Origin: Candidatus Latescibacterota bacterium
Lineage (GTDB): Bacteria; Latescibacterota; UBA2968
DNA: 64,000 nt
Assembly (NCBI GenBank): GCA_965205975.1
Contig: OZ242195.1
Coordinates: forward strand, 3,008,001-3,072,000
Direction: 5' to 3'
In this document: positions 19,950-28,637 of the stretch, piece by piece
Layout: each line of letters starts with the position of its first letter
How positions within the stretch are numbered: position 1 is the first letter of the stretch
The notes under the pieces: model-generated
What the model was told of the DNA's origin: nothing
The model's input: only the letters and a program-made list of their open reading frames with translations
The model's database searches: none
Translations under genes and position numbers: made by a program

Positions 19950-22607
19950 TTACTTGATGATCACGAAAGTGCCGGTCTGTGTTACGCCTTCTGATCCCGG
20001 CATCAAAGACGTGACTTTCCAGAAGTATATGCCAGGGAACATCGCCTCACCAAAGTTAGACGGACGATTCTCGGCAAGCTGGATATAAGTCACTTCGCCC
20101 TTCAGAGGATCCTGATTGTAGAAGGTCCAGATTCGCTGACCCGTCACATCGTAAAGGTCGATCTGACAGCGACCTGGCAGATTCGTAAACCGCATATTCT
20201 GCTGGCGGTTGTACGTATGCAAATCGCTATCCACCTTGAACGGATTGGGAACCACGCGAACCTGCTCTTCGAGGCGATCAAATACTGCTGCACCAGGAAC
20301 AACGGGAACAATACCCGTACGAGAACCGTACACAGCACCCAAAGAGGTGTTCTGCGCGGCTTCAAGGACCGGTATGCCTGAATGATGTACCCAGTCAGCA
20401 TGACCAGAGTCATACATACGCACACTATACCAGTTGGGGAAGCCTGCGTTCGTGCCCTGATCGTCAAACAGATATGTGCCGGGAATTTCAGGACCAGCAA
20501 CGGGATCAAGACCGCCGTGTACACCGGGATGGGCATACTGATTCGTCAGCAGCGGAATACCCGTTGGCCAGGAACCGCTCTTAACCGTTGTCCACGTACG
20601 AGAAGGATCATAAGAGACACCTGTGGGCAAATTGCCCGCACGCGCATCCTCGAATGAAAACTCCGTCACATACTCCCACTCGCCCTGATATTCAACATTG
20701 GAGCGATAGATGCGATACCCGCGCAAATCCTGTGCCTCGGCGCCAGAATAATCTGGATCCATTGCTTCTTCGCCAAAGACACTCCAACGAATCTGCGTCT
20801 TACCCTGAAGGTTGGAATCCCACGCCACCTTGGTATTCGGCGGCTGATTGGGAAGATCATAACCCCAGTTATACCACTGAATCGCATTCTCAAAGTGATC
20901 GAACAACACATCTTCACCAAGGGGAATCTCGGGCTGACGATCTGCCAACTCCGTAGGCTCAGCCCCCCTGCCACCGTAGTGGTTCATCCAGCCCATATTG
21001 AAGGGCATGGCATACTTCTTGTAATCGTCATACTTGGCGTGATCTGCTGCAAGACCCGCCACATAGGCGACCACCACTTTGGCCTTCTCACCTGGTGCCA
21101 GCGTGTAGGGACCATAAGATACCAGCGTTGAGTAATGCCCAGGCGTGTCATTTTCAGCAGTATAGCCGCCATTGGCAACCGCGTCGTAAATCTGAGCATC
21201 GCCCGCACGGTCTGGCGAGGGATAGTCAAAGTCATTCTTCGAGCGATAGCCGTGGAAGAGCACCGAAGCGGGCTGTTGCATGCTCTCATCGTGCCCTGTG
21301 GCCGGATTGTCGTGCGGTGCCACATACATCGCATCATCCACACCGCCATAGCGCATAAACGGCGGGAAGGCATCCACAGTGCCCAGACCAAAATACTGAC
21401 CGTGCTGAATCATCCCTTCGCGCACCCAGGTCTGTTCGCGGGTATAGCGCTCACGGGCAATGGCATAGCGATAGGGATCGCCTAAATCATTGATCAGATT
21501 GGAAATGTGATCGGAGTCCCCATCGTGGTAATACGTCATAAAATGACCGTCATTGGCAAGGTCAACACCACGCTGCAAACCAGCAGATTTGCCAAGCGCA
21601 GAGGTGTAATCCCCACGGCTGACGCCATTGAGGTAATTGGCTGCCAATGTATTGCGATAATAATCATCGCGCGTGTAATCGCGCGGGTGATTCCAAGAGG
21701 TTGACCGCCAGCCAGAAGCCTGACCCGCGTGGAAGCGGTTGGCAAAGGTGATATACACACCTTCAGCCGTCGAACCCGAATTGTTCACCACTTCGTTGTC
21801 AACGACAAAATACTCATCGTGATCGGGATGCGCCGTGGAAAACCACTTGCGCGTCCATTCCAGACCCGAGGCAGAAGAACCGCCTTCTTGGATACCGATC
21901 ATCTCGGGAAAATCATCTTCGGACAGCGATTCTACCCACGAAGGCGCGCTGTACTGCGGGAATTCTCCAGAACCAATGCGCTGGGCAAAAGGCTCATTGC
22001 TATTGTAGCGACCAAAACGGAAGTTCCAGACAACAACAGCCCGATTCGTCCCGGGCGATCCGCTGGAAATGCCGTGGGCTTCGGGCCACCAGTTGGTCAG
22101 GCGGTCTGCAACCGTCGATCCCGCGATATTGGGCGCATCGCTACCACTATCTCTGCGAATCGCCATTGCCCATCCACCGTTTTCTACAACGCCTACATAA
22201 GCTTCGGGCATCTGCGTCATATCGTGGGCACGACCAACAAGGTCTGAAGACGTAATACGCGGACCTGCATACGTACCGTGGGGGCTGCCACCCGTATTGG
22301 AAAGCACCCAGAAGCCTTCACCACCTGTATTCGACTTGGCATTCCAGCCTTCGCGCTCAGAACCGCCTGAATACACCTTGATATTGCGGCCCTGAGGATA
22401 CGAAAACGAAGACTGTGCCAACTTTGTCTCGTTATCTTTTTTCCCCGTCATGCCCGGATTGTGGAGCGTGTGACCGATTTGACCCCGGGACATCGAGATT
22501 CTGGCATTGCCGGGCCATTGAGCCTGAGCCTGTGTGACCAGACCCGCCAGGCACATGCCAACTCCGGCGAAAAATCCGGAAGCGTAAAACCAGAGCTTTT
22601 TGGACAT
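19950..22607 (-). CDS. Large exported protein with a T9SS type-A-like C-terminal domain
   Basis: Signal peptide; GP.TLAPGE motif, an FN3-like GYRIYRS segment, and C-terminal VRVVPNPF...FTNLP..C.I.LYDVTG...PGIYFWKV...GTFVIIK. Confidence 0.75.
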   Translation of the reverse strand: MSKKLWFYASGFFAGVGMCLAGLVTQAQAQWPGNARISMSRGQIGHTLHNPGMTGKKDNETKLAQSSFSYPQGRNIKVYSGGSEREGWNAKSNTGGEGFWVLSNTGGSPHGTYAGPRITSSDLVGRAHDMTQMPEAYVGVVENGGWAMAIRRDSGSDAPNIAGSTVADRLTNWWPEAHGISSGSPGTNRAVVVWNFRFGRYNSNEPFAQRIGSGEFPQYSAPSWVESLSEDDFPEMIGIQEGGSSASGLEWTRKWFSTAHPDHDEYFVVDNEVVNNSGSTAEGVYITFANRFHAGQASGWRSTSWNHPRDYTRDDYYRNTLAANYLNGVSRGDYTSALGKSAGLQRGVDLANDGHFMTYYHDGDSDHISNLINDLGDPYRYAIARERYTREQTWVREGMIQHGQYFGLGTVDAFPPFMRYGGVDDAMYVAPHDNPATGHDESMQQPASVLFHGYRSKNDFDYPSPDRAGDAQIYDAVANGGYTAENDTPGHYSTLVSYGPYTLAPGEKAKVVVAYVAGLAADHAKYDDYKKYAMPFNMGWMNHYGGRGAEPTELADRQPEIPLGEDVLFDHFENAIQWYNWGYDLPNQPPNTKVAWDSNLQGKTQIRWSVFGEEAMDPDYSGAEAQDLRGYRIYRSNVEYQGEWEYVTEFSFEDARAGNLPTGVSYDPSRTWTTVKSGSWPTGIPLLTNQYAHPGVHGGLDPVAGPEIPGTYLFDDQGTNAGFPNWYSVRMYDSGHADWVHHSGIPVLEAAQNTSLGAVYGSRTGIVPVVPGAAVFDRLEEQVRVVPNPFKVDSDLHTYNRQQNMRFTNLPGRCQIDLYDVTGQRIWTFYNQDPLKGEVTYIQLAENRPSNFGEAMFPGIYFWKVTSLMPGSEGVTQTGTFVIIK

Positions 22608-22848
22608 GGATACTGCTCCTCTATAGGAGTGATTGATGACATCTTTACTACTTGCGATCTACTGCGTTACCCCGGCGACTTCAAGCGAAAATATTGACCA
22701 TCCCTCCTCTCTGCGTGAAGCCGGCAGTGTGCAGGCGCCCCTGCACACTACTCAAATTATCAGTTTTGTAGTACGATATAAACTAATAACTGGGATTAGA
22801 AGTTCCCTTTTTTTTAGAAGGGCGCGGTTTTGCGCGCCCTTCCGCAAT

Positions 22849-25800
22849 CTACCACTTGATGCGCAAGCTGAATTGCATCTCGCGCGGAGAATCCCAATAG
22901 TTGCCGATATCGTTGATTTCGGGTGCTTGCAGACCCAGCGCAAGAATATCGACATTGGTAGGCTCTAAACCCATGATGCCATACTGCTGATAGCGATCAG
23001 AATCCCAATCTTCCGGGACCCCACCAAGGGCATTCTGGCGCCAGTCCTTCTGATTAAACAAATTGTATATCTCCACAGCCACGGTTATGTTCACGCCCGA
23101 CATATTGCCAAATACCTTCTCGGCATTGAAGTCTGCACGCGTATGGAGGGGACCTTGACGGAATCCCTGAATACCGCCCGTGCTATACGTAAACCTGTTA
23201 CCCGCGTAGAGATAATACACCAGGTTGGAGCGAAGATTGCCCAGAGCTTTGCCACCAAAAGGACCGTAGTTCGATGGCGTCGCAAACAAGAACGTAATCG
23301 AACCATAGCTGCGGCGGTCGGCGGTCAGCGGGGCGCGCTCGCCAGATTCCTGGTTGTGCGCCACTGCCAGCGTACCTTCGCCACTTCCCGGATTGCCGGG
23401 ATGGTTGCCAGCGCGTTCCCAATATTCCCTGTCTCCATCGTCGTAATGGCCCAGACTCGATCGGGCTTCATCGGCGACAAACTGCGCGCCTTCTGACGAA
23501 TAGTGAGAATACCAGGGAATCCACGACCACGCACCACCTGTGCCAGTGAAATTCACTATTCTGGTATGTTGAGTCCGCAAATAAATATTCGCCTGGTTTC
23601 CATACGCCTCAATGTAGTGATTATCGGGCAACCCTTCGCGACGGGCTTTTTCCTGCAATGACACGGGAATCTCTGCACCCGTCGTGGGATCGACATCCCA
23701 GGTGTTCCAATAGTACCCACTGGCTACGAACTGAGAGTCGGGCCATACATCGCGGCGGTGCGCGCTATTGCGCCCTCCGTCTGCCCACTGCAGGTTGTAG
23801 CCTACATTGAACGAGAACATGTTCGAGAATTTCTTGCGCAAATTGATCTCGAAACCGCGGACATCGCGCCAGTCGCCCGGTCCAGAACCTTGAACGCCCG
23901 TCACATACTGATGGCCTCCTGGATCGATCCACTGCTGTGAGGCGCTTCTGATCCTATTGCCCGACGCCTTGTAAAAAGTCGTCAAACCGAGCACATAATC
24001 GCTCACAAAGTTCCAGTCTAAGCCTACCTCAAAAGAAGTGGTTTCTTCGGGAGGCAAATACGGCGTGCCGTGCCGTGATCCCGAGTCATTGAACTCGTTG
24101 AACTGTTCGCCGGGATCAATCACGCCATTGCCATTCAGATCTCTATCCACGGCCTCATTGGACGTGAATTCGTTCATGAACATTTCGTGGAATTGCGGGC
24201 GCTGCGTAAACCGACCGTAGAAGAAGCGCACGAGGCTCTTTTCTGTAATCGGATGCGACACGCCAATGCGAGGCTGAAATGCTTTGATCGTGGGTCCCTT
24301 GGTTGTGGGAATATAGGCGGAACGCGTCATGCCATTCCAGGGAGCCTTAGCACCGTACCAGGCATCGGAGTCTTTGATATAGGTATTCGGGAAGAAAAGC
24401 TCGCCCCTTATACCCGCATTCACAATCATCCCCTCAAACTCGATCTTGTCCTGAATATAGACACCAAAATCAAGGGGATTGAGGCCCACATTGTCCCCAC
24501 TGGGCCAGAATGCCGTATCTGTATAGTTCTGGGAGAACCAGCGCAGGCGACGGTGCGTGGGACCATCTGACCACCGCTGCTGATACCAGTTGTTGTAGCG
24601 GATGATTTCCACACCGGCTTTCACAAAGTTCTGCTTGTTCACCTGGCTGGAAAGATCTGCCTTAAAGCTCAACCGCTTGTAGCCATACATGCTCCAGTTG
24701 TGCGTTTCGCGGTAAATCGTGTAGTGACCTGCCGCATCCTTCACACTCGAAGACGTCAGTTTGTCACCCACCAAAAAGTGGGGATGAAATCCCGTTGTGT
24801 CGCGCGTCGTCGCCGAATACCCCAAATTCACTTCGTAAAAAGTCTTGGGAGACAGAGAATGCGTCACAGCACCGTAAAACAAGGCATCTGTGGTAACGTA
24901 AGTTACCCGTTGGATTTACGACGTGCAAAAAGATATTTTTACCGCTGTTGCGCAAATCCAATCTGCCGCCTTCGGTCGGGCCACCAAAGGTTTTCACTGC
25001 TATTGTAAACCCCCCCTAATCGCAACTTCAAGCTGGGAGAAGCAGAAAACGTCAGCTTCCCCGTATTCCGCGTATTTGGGGGCGTCGTCAAATTGGCATT
25101 CAACAATGCCTGTGGCTCTTTGCGCCAGACCGTACTGGCAAAAAATGTCATGTCCTGACTCAGCGGACCCGCGATATTGGCATCGATGCGATGTCCCATT
25201 TTGCCCGTGTAGTCCAGGCGCTTGTGCGCCTGCACGATGTCATTGGCGCCATCGCCATCGAGATCAGCGGGGATCTCGACCTGCTCTGCAACCCAGGCGG
25301 CATTATCCCACTGGTTGCTACCCCGGTGCATGGGCGAATCGTACACATTCGCACCCCAGTGCTTCTGTCCGGCAGGTGTGAATCGATAGTCCAGCATACC
25401 GCTGTATGACGAACCACCATCGCGCGTCACCATCGAAACCACGCCACCCTGGGCATTGCCATACTCGGCGTTGTAACCACCCGTGATCACCTGGAGTTCC
25501 TGAACCGCACTCTTGTTCAAGGTGCGTCCAATACCCGTGCGAGAACCATAGGAGTCGGTCGTTGAAATGCGAACGCCATCCACGATGTATGCCACATCCT
25601 CGCGGTCTCCGCCGCGGATCATAAGCTCATCGCCTTCGGCATCGATTGAAACGCCAGCCTGAAGCTCGATGAACTCGCCCATATCGCGCACGATGGGCAC
25701 GGCTTCCAGATCCTCGGCACTCATAATATACTTACTCGTCGTCTTATCTGGCTCAACGGGCGGGCGCTCTGCAATCACTGTGATTTCGCCCAATTCCAGC

Positions 25801-26120
25801 GCAGCTTCTCGAATCTGGAAATCAACCGTCGTCGTCAAGTCAACTTGAACCCTGATGTTGGTCTGACGCTGTGAATCATAACCCACCAGCGAGGCCGTCA
25901 TCGAATACGTGCCGGGATCGACGAGCAAAATCACAAAAAATCCATCGCTATCGGTGACCGCACCGCGCTGTGTGCCTTCAATCACCACATTGGCACCCGG
26001 CAATACCTCACCCGTCTGCGCGTCGCGCACTGTACCCTGCATTTTTCCCGTTGTCGCGGCATGTGAAATACCCGCGCTAACAAGCAAGGACAGCACAACT
26101 ATTGAAAGTATCTTTTGCAT
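22849..26120 (-). CDS. TonB-dependent receptor, frameshifted (assembly indels or recent pseudogene)
   Basis: N-terminal part has a carboxypeptidase-regulatory-like domain and plug (IRGG, VDG, TGGYNAEYG.AQGGVV). C-terminal barrel has QDKIEF..., PRIGVSHPI and ends PREMQFSLRIKW. The two are joined by an intermediate frame at about 24995-24905. Confidence 0.85.
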
Positions 26121-26135
26121 CAACTTTTACCTCCT

Positions 26136-26909
26136 TTAGTCCCAAAAATAAAACTTGAACCCAGCACTCAGATCAAACATCTGAAGCGGAAATGCCTTAT
26201 CCAGACCCCATGCATCTCGAGGGCGGAGTTCGCCGAGAATAAAATGATACCGCGCACGCACATCCAGCGCGATCGTCTGCGTCACATGCGCTTCCAACCC
26301 CAACCCCAACACTGCGGTCACGGCCGTGCGCGTATCTTCCTGACGGTCCATCACTACCTGGGGCAAAACATCGCCCTGGGCATCTACATTCGTCGCATCT
26401 ACACCGTTGGCATCGGTCGGACTCTGCCCGGGCCACACGATATTTTCTGCTACGGTCTTGTGATCGTACACACCGCCACCCGCGACGATATAGGGCGAAA
26501 AACTCCCCTCATCCATTGAACGGTCTGCATTAAAAAACCACAATCCGGACAATAGCACGCTATTAAAGCGATTCGTGTGCGAACTATTCGGGTTGATATC
26601 TTTGCTGCTATATTGTTTGGCTGTCAAAGCCTTGGGAGACCAGGTAAACTCACCGGTTTCCAGAGCACCACCATCCATCTGGGTGTGGTGAAACTCGGCT
26701 TCAACGGTCAGACGAGAGCTACTCACACGACTGGCAGTAAGCCCCCATTTATCCACACCACTGCCAAACCGCTCACCAAAGGTGAACATGGGATTGGTAT
26801 AGCTGACAAACCCGCCCAAACCCCATTTGCCGGCAACCTGAGCCGATGACATGCTTGCCGAAGCCAAAATACCTGCAGCGACAAAACTCAGAACTTTAAA
26901 CCATCTCAA
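26136..26909 (-). CDS. Outer-membrane beta-barrel protein (OmpA-like 8-strand type)
   Basis: Signal peptide, SPYIVAGGG, LGLE, C-terminal LSAGFKFYFWD; AGGAGG RBS before the TTG start. Confidence 0.75.
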   Translation of the reverse strand: MRWFKVLSFVAAGILASASMSSAQVAGKWGLGGFVSYTNPMFTFGERFGSGVDKWGLTASRVSSSRLTVEAEFHHTQMDGGALETGEFTWSPKALTAKQYSSKDINPNSSHTNRFNSVLLSGLWFFNADRSMDEGSFSPYIVAGGGVYDHKTVAENIVWPGQSPTDANGVDATNVDAQGDVLPQVVMDRQEDTRTAVTAVLGLGLEAHVTQTIALDVRARYHFILGELRPRDAWGLDKAFPLQMFDLSAGFKFYFWD

Positions 26910-27273
26910 AGTGCTACCTCCTTTCGCAAACTGCGAAAAATGAACGACTTAACAACTTTACTATGCAACGCAAAACAAATCTGTACGCTATTCACCACCT
27001 CCTTTTGTTTGTTATCACATCTGAAACATATAACCAAAAAATAGCTATCAAGACATAATAGATTGAAACTTTGTTTCCAAATTATTTCCAAAAATTCACT
27101 TTAATGTAAAAAAAAGTAACACGCTATGCAATCATTTTTTTCAGCAATCATTTACAATGCAAACACCGGATCGCGGCTTAAATGACAGGGCGAAGCAGGC
27201 CGCGATAACGGGACGGCACAGGGGCCGTCCCTTACGCCGATAACCTAATACCTCCCCTCTGTGTTCATCCGTG

Positions 27274-28485
27274 TTAATCTGTGGTTGAATTTCTTGCCTC
27301 TAACCGCAACCGCTTTGCCTCCGTGCGGATCTTATCCATCTCCATCTTCATCCGCACAATACCCTCCCAATGCGTATAATCTGGCGAATGGTGATACGCC
27401 GCCTTAAACGTGGTCGCGTGATAAAACTTGAACAACCTGAAAAACGCCTGTTCAATCTCCGATGTATTTTCGTACAATTGCTGCCCACCCATTTCAAAAG
27501 CGTGCCCAACCACTGGATTCGCCGGACGGTCTTCGGGCATGGGATCCAGCGCATTTTCGTCGTACAACGCCTTAATCAACGCATAAGACTCCGCAACCAG
27601 CGCGTCTGCCTCGCGCTTAATCGCATCTGCACGCTCGAGGCTCTCGCGAGAAAACCGATTGGAATGACACGGCGCACACACCTGCAACATCGCATTCCGA
27701 TTCGCTTCAAACTCCTCTTTCGTCAACCGCTTCATCGCCAGATGCGGCAGAAAATCCTCCTCGAGCGCGGCACCCGTAAACACCGCACCCAACCCGATAT
27801 TGGGCACATGCCCGTGATCGCCATTGGGCATGTGGCACGTCACGCAACTCGGCGACTTCTCGGCATCTCTATCATTATAATATAGAACACCGTGAATACT
27901 CGTTTTATACGCCTCCATCACGGGATGGTCCGGACCGCCGTGACAAACGGCACAGGCCTCGGGTTCTCGCGCAAGCGCAGCACTAAATTCATGACTCGGA
28001 TGACAGGTATTGCACCCCCCCACGCTACCATCGGCAAACCGGGCACCAATGCTGTGACACCCCATACACCCCTCTTCTTGCATCGCGCGCGACTGCGCCA
28101 AAAAACGCGCATCCGACAACGCGGCCAGTTCTGCATCGGCATGCCCGCTCTCTGCAAATGCCTCGACCTCTTCTGCATGGCATTTACCACACATACCCGC
28201 CGACACCTGTCCCCGAACAGCAAAAACCGTCTCGTGGTTCTCCCCATGACAATCCGCACACCCCACATTGGCTCGAAAATGGGCACTCTCTCGCCACTGT
28301 TTGTCCATGCCCGGATCGATATTCCGATGGCATCCTTCGCACGACTGGTCACTCTGGATACGCCACAAAAAAACCGGATGTTCAACAAACTGAACCGCCT
28401 CCTCGGGCTGCAAAAAATAAAACACACCAAAGGCGCAACCCAATACCAGCACGCCAACACCGACAATTTTCATCCAGACCTTCAC
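27274..28485 (-). CDS. Octaheme cytochrome c, hydroxylamine-oxidoreductase (HAO) family-like
   Basis: Eight CxxCH motifs (CEGCH, CADCH, CGKCH, CMGCH, CNTCH, CAVCH, CVTCH, CAPCH), H.FS...AR.PEAC, CH.GPDHP and C-terminal YHHSPDYTHWEG; N-terminal TM anchor. Confidence 0.82.
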   Translation of the reverse strand: MKVWMKIVGVGVLVLGCAFGVFYFLQPEEAVQFVEHPVFLWRIQSDQSCEGCHRNIDPGMDKQWRESAHFRANVGCADCHGENHETVFAVRGQVSAGMCGKCHAEEVEAFAESGHADAELAALSDARFLAQSRAMQEEGCMGCHSIGARFADGSVGGCNTCHPSHEFSAALAREPEACAVCHGGPDHPVMEAYKTSIHGVLYYNDRDAEKSPSCVTCHMPNGDHGHVPNIGLGAVFTGAALEEDFLPHLAMKRLTKEEFEANRNAMLQVCAPCHSNRFSRESLERADAIKREADALVAESYALIKALYDENALDPMPEDRPANPVVGHAFEMGGQQLYENTSEIEQAFFRLFKFYHATTFKAAYHHSPDYTHWEGIVRMKMEMDKIRTEAKRLRLEARNSTTD

Positions 28486-28529
28486 AATTCACGCCCTTCC
28501 AATTAGGCCCCCTTCCTACCCCAAAATGC

Positions 28530-28566
28530 AACCACCGATGAACACAGATGAACACGGATGGACACG
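28530..28566. repeat. Short tandem repeat, family (GATGAACAC[A/G/C])n
   Basis: AACCACCGATGAACACAGATGAACACGGATGGACACG; related copies at 27257-27287 (reverse) and 31369-31401. Confidence 0.7.
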
Positions 28567-28637
28567 CTTCTACTTCGTGTACCTTCGTGTCGTGAACTGC
28601 TATCGCAGTTGTACCCCGTTCCGTGAATTAACTGCGT

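Noticed and set aside
22678..22712. Tiny ORF MVNIFA on the minus strand after AGGAGG as a leader peptide
   Set aside because: RBS-to-ATG spacing is only 1 nt and there is no other support.
24939..25016. Single programmed ribosomal frameshift in the TonB receptor
   Set aside because: Frames A and C do not overlap, so two shifts are needed; indel error is more parsimonious.
26910..27270. tRNA, riboswitch or small CDS in the AT-rich spacer
   Set aside because: No cloverleaf or recognisable aptamer; most likely the promoter region of the TBDR cassette.
27274..28485. Evidence for ammonia oxidation or anammox
   Set aside because: No amo or hzs genes in the window, and the C-terminal motif resembles non-cross-linked HAO-like proteins.
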